A stretch of 64,000 nt of DNA from Candidatus Babeliales bacterium (GTDB taxonomy: Bacteria > Babelota > Babeliae > Babelales > Vermiphilaceae), in assembly GCA_963743635.1 (NCBI GenBank), contig CAVUQO010000002.1:128001-192000 (forward strand). The letters are read 5' to 3'. This document shows positions 10,142 to 20,042 of the stretch, piece by piece; within the stretch, counting starts at the first letter, position 1, and each line of letters opens with the position of its first letter. The position numbers and the translations under genes were made by a program. The notes beneath the pieces were generated by a model. The model made no database searches and was not told the DNA's origin. It saw only the letters and a list, made by a program, of their open reading frames with translations.

Positions 10142-10989
10142 GAGAAATGCTGCTCGATAAGAGGAGTGATACTTGCAATAATTGGATCCACAAATTGCCG
10201 CCAACTATCTTTTTGTTTGAGGCCGATATCAAAGGCGATTGCCGGCTTTTTGATGCCAATGAGTGGTGCAAAGGGAAGTGTGTATAATCCGTGAAATATG
10301 AACAATGATTCGTATTGTGATTTGCGCAACACCTGTTCCATCATTTTGCCCCATAAGCTCGTTGTTTTCATACTTAAAAGATGGGCTTTATCATACGGAT
10401 GCAATGCATACGGAGATAGTTGTCCAAGAAAAAGATCATTATGAGAATAATAATAAAGGTAGAGCTGCGATTTTGGCTTTGATTCAGGATAGCAATGAAT
10501 GCTGATATATAAATCGACGTCGAGCCTGTTTGCGAAATTTGCATTTTGGAGCGGTTGGCGTGTTTCACCAGGAAAGCGGGTTAATACGACGCGCACGTTT
10601 GGAAAGCGCTGCGTAATCACTTTTTGCAGCTCTTCTACGCATTGCAGCGTGATACCTCGTTCAAAACTATCCTCAATAATGCGCCCTGGATGCTGCGCGT
10701 CGCCAGCGGGATCAAGCATGAGCGTGAAGGTTGGTTGGAAGGCGAGCATAACAGAGCTGTATATACATAATATGGCAATACTGATTAAACGGAGGACATT
10801 CTTATATAAAAATAAAGAAAGCTTTATTCCCCGTTCGCCCTGAGTGTTTCGATCCGTAAGGGTCGAAATGTATCGAATGGGTTCGGGGATAGATAAATTG
10901 TGGATGATTAAATCATTCATTGTATATTCTATTTTTTGGTAATTAATATTTTTCCCTAACCCATTCGATACATTTTTCATTTCGCGCAA
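10138..10989 (-). CDS. N-acetylmuramoyl-L-alanine amidase (Amidase_3)-like protein, degenerate active site; true start probably near 10,800
   Basis: LMLDPAG, VVLTR, ANFANRLDVDLYISIH, PAIAFDIG; hydrophobic leader just before the domain. Confidence 0.75.
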   Translation of the reverse strand: MREMKNVSNGLGKNINYQKIEYTMNDLIIHNLSIPEPIRYISTLTDRNTQGERGIKLSLFLYKNVLRLISIAILCIYSSVMLAFQPTFTLMLDPAGDAQHPGRIIEDSFERGITLQCVEELQKVITQRFPNVRVVLTRFPGETRQPLQNANFANRLDVDLYISIHCYPESKPKSQLYLYYYSHNDLFLGQLSPYALHPYDKAHLLSMKTTSLWGKMMEQVLRKSQYESLFIFHGLYTLPFAPLIGIKKPAIAFDIGLKQKDSWRQFVDPIIASITPLIEQHFS

Positions 10990-11022
10990 GCGCTAAAATG
11001 AAAAAAACTCAGGGCGAACGGG
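10830..11022. repeat. Inverted pair of REP-like palindromic elements
   Basis: CCCGTTCGCCCTGAGTGTTTCGA..TCGAAATGTATCGAATGGGT (10830-10883) and inverted copy ACCCATTCGATACATTTT..ACTCAGGGCGAACGGG (10958-11022). Confidence 0.8.
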
Positions 11023-11098
11023 AAATGAAAAATCTCGATTATTATCATATAAAAATGTGCCTTGCTTAACAAATGTTGCTCTAGCAATAGAAAGAACT

Positions 11099-13285
11099 CT
11101 ATCGACATTCTAAATTGCTCGTCAAATATTCTTGTAGGAACGTGATTCTTTTTTTGTCGTTATTATTTTTGATGCCCATCGCAATAGCTTTAGTTTGCCC
11201 GATGAGAATACATAATTTCTTTGCGCGGGTTATTGCGGTATAAATCAAATTGCGTTGCAGGAGCGTAAAATGCTGCATAAAAATCGGAATGATAACTGCC
11301 TGATACTCAGAGCCCTGGCTTTTATGAATTGAAATTGCATAGGCAAGTACGAGCTCATCAAGTTCTGAAAATTCGTATTCCACGGTTTTCTCAGGATAGC
11401 GGACCAACAGCTTTTGATCTTCGGTATCTATCGTTTCAATCGAACCCATATCGCCATTAAACACATGTTTCTCGTAATTATTGCGAATATGCATCACTCG
11501 ATCGCCCACTTTGAACGTCGTAAATGCGGCGATAACCTGCTTTTGTTCAGATCCCGGATTTAAGATGTTTTGGAGCGTGTGATTGATGTTTTGTGTGCCG
11601 ACAATACCGCGGTTCATAGGAACCAATACAATCGCATCATCGGGATTAATGTGGTATTGTGCAAGGCCTTTGGTAAAAATATGTTCTAAGTGAGGAGTTA
11701 CATTTTCAGGATTGTCTTCTTTGATGAAAATGAAATCTCGTTTTGCATCAGGAAGGGTTGAAACGGGAAATTCACCATTATTAACCCGATGGGCATTCAC
11801 GATGATCATACTATCTTGTGCTTGGCGGAAAATATGCTTGAGGCCAACACAGGGAACTTTATTGCTGTGAATCAAATCATGTAAAAAATTGCCAGCGCCG
11901 ACCGCAGGAAGCTGATTAATATCACCAATGAAGATGACGTGCGCGTGAGATGGTAATGCTTTTAAAATCGAGTGGGCCAAAAAAATATCAAGCATGGAAG
12001 CTTCATCAACAATCAAGAAATCGAGCTTGAGCGCATTGTTTTCATTGTGCATAAATGAGCGAGATAAAAAATCAAATTCAAGAAGGCGATGGATGGTAGT
12101 GGCATGTTTTTTAGTGCCTTCCATAATGCGTTTTGCAGCGCGGCCAGTGGGTGCAGCAAGTTTGTAGTTAAGATTTGCATCATCCAAAATAGTCAGTAAT
12201 TTTTTGATGAGTGTTGTTTTACCGGTACCCGGGCCACCCGTGATAACGGTTACTTTATCTTGAATACATCCCATAACACTGCGTTGCTGTTCTTCATTGA
12301 GCTGAATATCAAACTGGTGTGTTGGCGCCTGAAGTGAGCGATAAATCGCATCAATATTAAATGAATGAGGAGATTTTTTGTTCGTCAGTTCGAGAATGCG
12401 TTGTGCAACGCCACGTTCGGCATAGTAATATTGCGAGAGCGTAATGTAATGTTTTTCATTATGCGTTATTACTTTAATTTTTTGTGCTTCATGCAGTTCA
12501 TGCAATGCAAGTTTGATGTTTTGATTGATCTCATCGGTTTGCTCAAGTTCAAGGAGAGTAAATACCGTTTCCTTTGCATTACCAAGTTCGATGTAAAGAT
12601 GACCTTGGGTGAGTGCTGAGGTGATAATAAACACGATACCCGCTTTAATGCGTTTGACTGAATTGTGCGCAAATCCAAGATTCTGCGCGATACTATCGGC
12701 AACTTTGAAACCGATTCCCCAGATGTCATCAGCAAGCCGGTAGGGGTTTTCTTGTACAACCGCGATCGATTCGTGTCCGTACGTTTTATATATTTTGGTA
12801 GCATAGGCTGGAGAAACGCCATGTTCTTGCAAGAAGATCATTACGTTGGAAATTTCTTTTTGGGTTTGCCATGCAGCGATGATCATCTCGAGACGCTTTG
12901 CGCCAATCCCCCCGACTTCTGCAAGCCGTTCAGGGTTATCGTTAATAATTTCGAGTACGTTTACACCAAATTTTTTCACTAACCGTTCGGCATATTTGGG
13001 ACCAATTCCCTTGATGAGGCCCGATCCGAGATATTTTTGTATACCATATGCGGAAGTCGGTAATGTAGTGGTGCATTTCTCAGCTTCAAATTGACGGCCA
13101 AATTTGGTATGGGTAACCCATGCTCCTTCAATATGCAGTTCTTCACCGGCATGAACGCCAGGCACATAACCCCGGACAGTAATGTCTTGGCCTTTTGATC
13201 TCAGCACGAAAACGGCAAAGCCATTATCGGAACTTTGAAACAAAAAACGTTCTAATACTCCAGAAAGTGACTGGCGTTCATCCAT
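11099..13285 (-). CDS. recD2: ATP-dependent RecD-like helicase RecD2
   Basis: GLIKGIG HhH, ENPYRLADDIWGIGF, GGPGTGKT, APTGRAAKR, DEASM, LAYAISIHKSQGSE, YTAITRAK. Confidence 0.93.
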   Translation of the reverse strand: MDERQSLSGVLERFLFQSSDNGFAVFVLRSKGQDITVRGYVPGVHAGEELHIEGAWVTHTKFGRQFEAEKCTTTLPTSAYGIQKYLGSGLIKGIGPKYAERLVKKFGVNVLEIINDNPERLAEVGGIGAKRLEMIIAAWQTQKEISNVMIFLQEHGVSPAYATKIYKTYGHESIAVVQENPYRLADDIWGIGFKVADSIAQNLGFAHNSVKRIKAGIVFIITSALTQGHLYIELGNAKETVFTLLELEQTDEINQNIKLALHELHEAQKIKVITHNEKHYITLSQYYYAERGVAQRILELTNKKSPHSFNIDAIYRSLQAPTHQFDIQLNEEQQRSVMGCIQDKVTVITGGPGTGKTTLIKKLLTILDDANLNYKLAAPTGRAAKRIMEGTKKHATTIHRLLEFDFLSRSFMHNENNALKLDFLIVDEASMLDIFLAHSILKALPSHAHVIFIGDINQLPAVGAGNFLHDLIHSNKVPCVGLKHIFRQAQDSMIIVNAHRVNNGEFPVSTLPDAKRDFIFIKEDNPENVTPHLEHIFTKGLAQYHINPDDAIVLVPMNRGIVGTQNINHTLQNILNPGSEQKQVIAAFTTFKVGDRVMHIRNNYEKHVFNGDMGSIETIDTEDQKLLVRYPEKTVEYEFSELDELVLAYAISIHKSQGSEYQAVIIPIFMQHFTLLQRNLIYTAITRAKKLCILIGQTKAIAMGIKNNNDKKRITFLQEYLTSNLECR

Positions 13286-13304
13286 AAAATCCTAGTGCGT
13301 CGTG

Positions 13305-13979
13305 CTATTTGCCCGATTGTGCTTGTTTATCTTTAAATTGCTTCATTGCTTTAGGACAACTCGTCATGAGATCGCCCAAATAATTCATGAGATCTTGGCA
13401 AAAGTCGTTGAGTGCTTTGAACGATTGTATATCGGTATGAAACACTAACATTTCATGCTCTTCAGGTGCAGTAGCCCAGGCTAAGAGTAAGCTGTTATGA
13501 CGATTATGGCATTTGCACGATTCTTCGATCAGCTTAACCAGTATCTCTTTAACGCCGCGTGCGCGACCCATAAATCTGGCTACACTTCCTTCAAATTCTG
13601 CTTTTGCTTGTATGAGTAGTTGATTGAGTTCTTGATCGCCGACGAAGTTTTTTTCTAATTCAGCAAGTTGTGCGACTGTGAAAGGTTGCCCTCTGAAAGA
13701 GTATCTTCCAATGCGATGATTTCTATTGAGCGGATCATGATCGCCATGCTGAACATTCTGAATGCCTTTTCCGGCTTCGATCATGACTTTGACGATTTCC
13801 GCGTTGATGATGTTGCCATCTAAGAGAGCGAGAAGATTTTTTACTTGTTCGTTATGTTCGCCAAGATTCTTATGTTTCTTGGTTTGCTCGGTATGCTCGC
13901 CCGCATTAACATTTGCACTATGTGCGGTTTGTATGAAAAAGGGAAGCGAAAGCAATAAGCTGAGTTTTAACTGTTTCAT
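13305..13979 (-). CDS. Exported hypothetical protein
   Basis: Signal peptide MKQLKLSLLLSLPFFIQTAHS; GAGGAG RBS. Confidence 0.7.
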   Translation of the reverse strand: MKQLKLSLLLSLPFFIQTAHSANVNAGEHTEQTKKHKNLGEHNEQVKNLLALLDGNIINAEIVKVMIEAGKGIQNVQHGDHDPLNRNHRIGRYSFRGQPFTVAQLAELEKNFVGDQELNQLLIQAKAEFEGSVARFMGRARGVKEILVKLIEESCKCHNRHNSLLLAWATAPEEHEMLVFHTDIQSFKALNDFCQDLMNYLGDLMTSCPKAMKQFKDKQAQSGK

Positions 13980-13995
13980 AAATACTCCTCAAGGG

Positions 13996-15678
13996 TTAAA
14001 AATGTGCTTCTATGCCTAATGATACGGTATAGTCAGCACCTATTCCTGATTTTAAATATGTTTCATCTACATTAAGCGATAATATCCAGTCGATATCATC
14101 CCGTAGAACTTTATATGAGACCGTGCCCCATATTTTACCTTGATATGCAAATGGTTTTTCTGCATTTCGTATATTAAATGCATCTTTATCTATAATACAG
14201 TTTTTGTTGGATCCATTGACTGGTTCTAGGCTCGTGAGACGTTCTTTGCTTTGCAGCCAGAAATCGTTACCTATTGCAAAAAGCCAACGCTCGCCATCAT
14301 GAAAAGCTTTGCTCGTTGAGCGGAATATAAATCCAGGATGCACCTGCGTTGAGAGTGCAGTCGGGAATAATATTTCTGTAATTTGTTGGTCGAAGAATGT
14401 CAGGAGTGATGTTGCGTAGGCACTATCGCTTCCGGCTTTATCGGCAATAACGGTTGAAGATGCGTCAAGACCGAAAGCGTTAAATTGCTCAATTCTATTA
14501 TTTTTCAGAAAGTAGCGTGTGTGTCTGCGTGGGATTAAATACTCAAGGGACCAACGACTACGGAAATCTATCGTGCGTGCCCACGACCTGCTGACGAAAT
14601 TTCTCAAATGAGAATCAGTCTGAAATGCAAAGCCAAGACCAACGTGCCCACCATTTCCTAATGGAGTTTCAAGAAGATTGCCCGTTAAAACATCCAGTGC
14701 CTTGTACCCAAAAGATTCTGCGTTCTTCAGGACAGCAGTTTTTTCTTCTGGAGTGCCTTCAATAAATGTACAGGCAATGTTTTGGATATCGATAGTTGGC
14801 GGACAGGTGATTTTCTTAAACTGCGAGCCTTGAATTCCTGTGGTGAAGGCAAAAGCGGTTGGGAGCGTGGTGAAGAATCCGAGATTAAAGCCCCACATGT
14901 CAGAGTCTTTTAATTGGAAATCAACGCTCAGTCGAGTATCTCCAAGGCCAAACTTATCACTAATGAGGTGATTTTTGGCAAACACATCTTGCGTCTCTTG
15001 ATCCAAACGTCCAAATACGCGGGTCAGGGCTTCTTGTTCGATTTCAGAAGCGAACATGTTTCGTTCAATATAATAGATAGGTACAAAGCAGTATAAGAAT
15101 AACTTTTTGAATCGTTTTTCCGCATGGAACATGGCACCAATACGGCGTTGTTCAACGGTGAAGTTTCTAAAGAGCGGTAATACGTCGGCAGGCTGGTAAG
15201 GGATGAATTCTTTGCCAAAACTAGCGGTAACTTCCTCAGTTAACGTAGTAATCGCATCAAGCAGGCTCGATGGCCCTATATTAAGATAGGAGCATATATT
15301 TGAGCTGTTAGTATTGAAATACATGCGATCTGTTTTATTCCAGAAGATATCAAATCCATAGGTGGCGGTGTAACCGCGGTATCGACGCGGAAGGAATATT
15401 GGATAATCGAGTAGACTGCGATTATTGAGTTCGTTGGTCCGAAGGTATAGGTTCTCTTCGAGGACCGGTATGATACCTAAATTAACGATGAGCGGGGCGA
15501 GTGTGGTTGAATCGCATGGATCGACCTGAACTGGAGGGTTATTCCGAATAAAGTCTTCCGTAGCTTCGCTCTCAAAAAGATCGTCTATGTCGTCAGCTTG
15601 GGATGGGCGGGCTATGAGAAGAGCGCAGAGTAAAAGGGTTGAAACTATGAAATTATGGTGGTTTTTATCAAATAACAT
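13996..15678 (-). CDS. Exported protein, probable outer-membrane beta-barrel
   Basis: Signal peptide; amphipathic strands; C-terminal YTVSLGIEAHF ending in Phe (BAM-type signal). Confidence 0.55.
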   Translation of the reverse strand: MLFDKNHHNFIVSTLLLCALLIARPSQADDIDDLFESEATEDFIRNNPPVQVDPCDSTTLAPLIVNLGIIPVLEENLYLRTNELNNRSLLDYPIFLPRRYRGYTATYGFDIFWNKTDRMYFNTNSSNICSYLNIGPSSLLDAITTLTEEVTASFGKEFIPYQPADVLPLFRNFTVEQRRIGAMFHAEKRFKKLFLYCFVPIYYIERNMFASEIEQEALTRVFGRLDQETQDVFAKNHLISDKFGLGDTRLSVDFQLKDSDMWGFNLGFFTTLPTAFAFTTGIQGSQFKKITCPPTIDIQNIACTFIEGTPEEKTAVLKNAESFGYKALDVLTGNLLETPLGNGGHVGLGFAFQTDSHLRNFVSRSWARTIDFRSRWSLEYLIPRRHTRYFLKNNRIEQFNAFGLDASSTVIADKAGSDSAYATSLLTFFDQQITEILFPTALSTQVHPGFIFRSTSKAFHDGERWLFAIGNDFWLQSKERLTSLEPVNGSNKNCIIDKDAFNIRNAEKPFAYQGKIWGTVSYKVLRDDIDWILSLNVDETYLKSGIGADYTVSLGIEAHF

Positions 15679-15919
15679 TTTTTAAATTTCCTGCGTTATG
15701 ATATACAAGGAGAATCGTATTTCCACTTGGAATATAGTTATTTTACTACAATTTCTCGAATATTACAAAAAAGGTCTATTCATAGGGAAAATAGTAGGAT
15801 ACAATATATAACCTTGTGCAAGATACTATAACTGCGTTAGAATAGAAATAAACAGGCTAGGAATTGATATATCAAGAGTCCGTAAACACCTAGATATCTT
15901 TATATGAAAGAGGTGAACG

Positions 15920-16186
15920 ATGGAAAGCATGGAAGGCATTTACATAGTAAAAGCTGCTGCGGCAATGGGTGCTGCCCTGGTAATGGGTATTGGCGCAATC
16001 GGGCCAGCCTTGGGTCAAGGATTTATTGGTGGTAAGGCATGTGAGAATATTGGAAAATATCCTGAAAGTGCCAATAAAATACAAACAACTATGATGATTG
16101 CCATGGGCCTTGTTGAAACATCGGCAATTTTTGCGTTCCTTATAGCCATCATTCTTATTAAACGTATAGTTAATTACTCTGCTTGA
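15920..16186 (+). CDS. atpE: F0F1 ATP synthase subunit c
   Basis: GIGAIGPALGQG glycine motif, KYPE loop, ion-binding Glu in LVETSAIF. Confidence 0.93.
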   Translation: MESMEGIYIVKAAAAMGAALVMGIGAIGPALGQGFIGGKACENIGKYPESANKIQTTMMIAMGLVETSAIFAFLIAIILIKRIVNYSA

Positions 16187-16217
16187 TAGCACATAAAACT
16201 GCGGTGGTGGCCCAATT

Positions 16218-16586
16218 ATGGATATCAATTGCACGCTTTTCATTCAATGCCTCAATTTTGGTATTGCATACGTTGTACTGAGTCGTCTCATTTTTAAGCC
16301 AATACTCGAGTGTATTTTAGAGGAACGGGCAAAGCGAGATGCATTGCAGCAGGCGATCACTACCTATCAGGAGGAGATCCGAGAATTGGATGCTCTACGT
16401 ACTGCTTCTTGGCAACAAGCTCAATCTCATTTTGGATCCTATCTTAAAACAATACCCTATCAGCCGCGCACTATGCCATTTACGTATCAATACGAGTACG
16501 AATCGGCAACTGATGCTGAGGTTAATGCCCATGCGCACCGTGTGCATGATGCAATAATGAGAAAGGTCACTGATGATTTCAAGTGA
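16218..16586 (+). CDS. ATP synthase subunit b'-like
   Basis: TLFIQCLNFGIAYVVLSRLIFKPIL..LEER, typical b/b' N-terminus; position after atpE. Confidence 0.75.
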   Translation: MDINCTLFIQCLNFGIAYVVLSRLIFKPILECILEERAKRDALQQAITTYQEEIRELDALRTASWQQAQSHFGSYLKTIPYQPRTMPFTYQYEYESATDAEVNAHAHRVHDAIMRKVTDDFK

Positions 16587-17067
16587 AGAAATAGTAACTA
16601 TTGCCTTTCGCATTCTTAATTTCGGGGTACTTCTTTTTGGATTGAAGTATGTCTATACCCACTATATCGCTCAAGCTGCGCAGGATGATATTGAGGCAGA
16701 TGAAAAAAAAGTTGCGGTTATGGCGCAACAAAAAGATGCCTTTTTTCACCAGGAACAATTTATTAAACAAGAAATTCAGGCTCAGCAAAAGTCTGGTTGC
16801 TCATTTGACGGGTAAATTAGAGCAATGGCGCGCCGCTGCTCAGAAAACACAAGAGGAGACCAGGCTGAACATAATAGCGCTGGAAGAAGCATTGTGCAAG
16901 AAAGCGGCAGAGCAATCTGAACATATTGCGCAATATATGTTCGAACGGCGTGCATTACCCCAAGCAGTGCAGACCTTGAGATCAGTTTAGAAAATCATTT
17001 TAAGGATGAAAAACGGCAGACTGCATATCTTGGCACTATCATAGATCTATATGGATAAGGATCGCTG
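16573..17067 (+). pseudogene. atpF: ATP synthase subunit b, interrupted by >=2 frameshifts (artefact or pseudogene)
   Basis: FRILNFGVLLFGL TM then coiled coil that continues in other frames near 16,790 and 16,980. Confidence 0.6.
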
Positions 17068-17613
17068 ATGGAACATCAAATACGGCTTGCCAAAAAGTAT
17101 GCCGAAGCCGTGATAAATGTGTTTGGCGCATCAATGTCTCGTGACGATATAGCTCACATTCGTATCATTGTTACATTTCTAGAGGGGCATAAAAAAGCCC
17201 TGTTTTTTTTAAAACTCTCTCGGATTGATCGATATGTAAAGCTGCGAGCGCTTGATGCATTGTTTGTCGATATCTCTGATAAAAAACCATTTTTAGCTAT
17301 TATTCGTTTGTTGATTGATGATAATCGTGGCTATTTGGTCTATCAGGTGTTGCGAGAATTGGTGAGTTTATATGAATCACGCATAACATTATGTCTTGCA
17401 GGATTACCAGTTCTCATGAACTTTCGGCCGTGAGAACTTAATAAAGTTCAACAATTTCTTGCACGTCAGACCGGCAGCGATATTATATATACCTATAGTC
17501 AAGATACATCACTGATAGCTGGTCTTCGCGTACAAAGTAAGACCATTTTGTGGGAACACTCAATACGAAAACAGTTGCGAGAATTCGCGTTGCATATGGC
17601 GCCTAAAGGATGA
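17068..17613 (+). pseudogene. atpH: ATP synthase subunit delta, 2 frameshifts
   Basis: LAKKYAEA N-terminus; C-terminal ITSSHEL...DTSLIAGLRVQ..LWEHSIRKQL appears only after frame changes near 17,380 and 17,432. Confidence 0.7.
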
Positions 17614-17614
17614 T

Positions 17615-19130
17615 ATGAAAGATAGAAGCACTGATTTAGTTTCATTATTTGAAAAATCATTACGCGATGTACCGCAGGAAACATTAGAAGAAATTGGTAT
17701 TGTTGTACAAGTCGGCGATGGCATTTGTACTATCTATGGCCTTGCGAATGCAATTTATGGAGAACTGATTGATTTTGAAGGGGGAAACAAAGGAATAGTT
17801 TTCAGTCTTGATGAAGATTCAGTTGCTATATTCTTGCTCTATGCGGCAGTTCCTGTTGCAGAACTTGAAGTGGTCAAACGAACCGGTAGTGTCTTTAAAA
17901 CACCCGTTGGCGATGCAATGCTTGGCCGTGTGATCAATGCGCTTGGAAAGCCGATTGATGCACTTGGTGAAATAGCATGTACAGAATATCGGCCGATTGA
18001 AGTTGGTATACCGCAAATTATTGAACGTAGTCCGGTGAGTGAATCGCTCGAAACGGGCATTATGGCGATTGATGCCTTGTGCCGATTGGTAAAGGGCAAC
18101 GAGAACTAATCATCGGTAATCGTAATACCGGAAAAACATCCATAGTATTTGATACGATTTTGCATCAAAAAGGCAAAAATGTTATCTGTATTTATGTTTC
18201 TATTGGCCAACGTCAAGCAAATCTTGCGCGCTTTTCGCGTATGCTTGAAGAACATGGGGCGATGGAATATTCGCATTATTGTGAGTGCTGAATCAAGTGA
18301 AGCGGTATTGAATCAATATCTTGCGCCGTACGTCGGCTGCACCATTGGCGAATATTTCCGCGATCAAGGCAAAGATGTATTTATTATTTATGATGATTTG
18401 AGCAATCATGCGATTGCATTTCGTGAAATGTCTTTACTCTTGCGCCGCGCTCCAGGCCGTGAAGCATATCCGGGCGATGTATTTTATCTTCATTCTCGCT
18501 TGCTTGAACGAGCGGGAAAATTGGTCAATGGCGGTTCATTAACTGCATTGCCAATCGTACAAATTCAGGGTGATGATATCACTGCCTATATTCCGACCAA
18601 TCTTAATTTCCATCACCGATGGCCAAATATTTTTAGATACAAAACTATTTAATCAGGGCATTCGTCCTGCAGTAAATATTGAGCTTTCAGTTTCCCGTGT
18701 TGGTGGTGCTGCGCAAACAAAAGCAATCAAGAAAATGACCAAAGCATTGCGCTTAGAGCTTGCGCAATACAATGAACTTCTTGATTTTGCACAATTTGGC
18801 ACTGAACTTGATGAGATATCACGCAAAAAATTGGCGCGTGGAGCACTTGCGGTTGAGATTCTCAAGCAACCGCAATCAGTGGGCTATTCATTTGTTGATC
18901 AAGCGCTTATTTTATTCCTACTCAAGGAAAATTTCCTTGATAAGATCGACATTAAAAACGTTCAAACCTACATTCGACAATTTGTCAGTTATGTTCAATC
19001 TGTGTACAAAGACATTTATCAAACTATTTTTACGCAAGAAGATATCACGGATGATATGAGCAAACGTTTGCAAGAGATTGCCATCGAGTTTGATAAATTA
19101 TTCGTACCGACAGAGGAAGATCTAGATTAA
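17615..19130 (+). pseudogene. atpA: ATP synthase subunit alpha split over four ORFs by 3 frameshifts
   Basis: [79 protein letters not shown] in successive frames. Confidence 0.92.
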
Positions 19131-19137
19131 TTGAGTG

Positions 19138-19779
19138 TCATTTTCCTGCGGTATTCGTAGGCTCATGCATGAGTCCCGTATCGGGAGCTTTTGGTGTTTC
19201 AGGTATATTAGACTCGGTAGGCTTTTGCGGGGCCGGAGCTTTCTTTTCTTCCGTCTTTGCGGGTTCAGCAGGTTTTTCGGAAGAAGCAAAGGTCAATATG
19301 ACCACTTTATCCTTATTTATGATCTGAAGCTGGTTCTTATCTTTATCATACGCAATCGTGTATGGATATCCGTTTGCCTTGATCGTTGCATTGTTGCGTG
19401 TGGCGGTATAAGTGACATTGGCAACCGTGATAGTTGCAGTATTCATCGTAATGTCAGTCATTTTATTTTCGCGCAATGGGCTAAAGGCTGAAAGCGTTGT
19501 GGATTGATTTTCTAACGCATTCTTAAAATTGAGAGTTCCTTCCCCTTCTATCGCACTTTGTCCCGGTCTTGTGTTAGGGGTCACGGTAACACTAGTAGGA
19601 ATGACGGTATAGGAATAACGCATGAGTGCTTCATTGCTACCAAACTGTGTGACCGCTGAAGGATCAATAAGAACCTGGTATTGATTAGTAGACTTTGCAT
19701 CATTAGCTACACAGTTCAACGAAAAAATTGCAGCGGTAGTCAATGCTCCTGCGATCGATAATACATGCAAGCGTTTCAT
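19138..19779 (-). CDS. Exported hypothetical protein with Pro/Lys/Glu-rich tail
   Basis: Signal peptide, beta-rich core, GGGAG RBS. Confidence 0.65.
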   Translation of the reverse strand: MKRLHVLSIAGALTTAAIFSLNCVANDAKSTNQYQVLIDPSAVTQFGSNEALMRYSYTVIPTSVTVTPNTRPGQSAIEGEGTLNFKNALENQSTTLSAFSPLRENKMTDITMNTATITVANVTYTATRNNATIKANGYPYTIAYDKDKNQLQIINKDKVVILTFASSEKPAEPAKTEEKKAPAPQKPTESNIPETPKAPDTGLMHEPTNTAGK

Positions 19780-20042
19780 GTTCTTACTCCCTTTTTGATT
19801 TTTCTATTAGAATACCATTAATGCGCGCTCGAGATTCAATGATTTGATAAAAGGTTTCGTTTTTTCATAATGAAAATCGTATTTTTTTATAAAATACCCC
19901 CCTTTGTTTTTAATCGCCTAGAATACGCGATTGAGAGTCATTCAAAAACAAAACAATATTCAGATTGTTGTTTTGTGGTGATTGATTATGCTACGTTCGG
20001 GGGTGAAGAAATCCAAAAAAAGGGCTTATAAGGGGAAATGGT

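Noticed and set aside
10800..10989. N-terminal extension of the amidase through the REP element
   Set aside because: The hydrophobic leader begins only after the repeat; the open frame across it is probably incidental.
18060..18620. Programmed ribosomal frameshifting in atpA
   Set aside because: Three separate shifts without slippery heptamers; similar lesions in neighbouring genes point to errors or decay.
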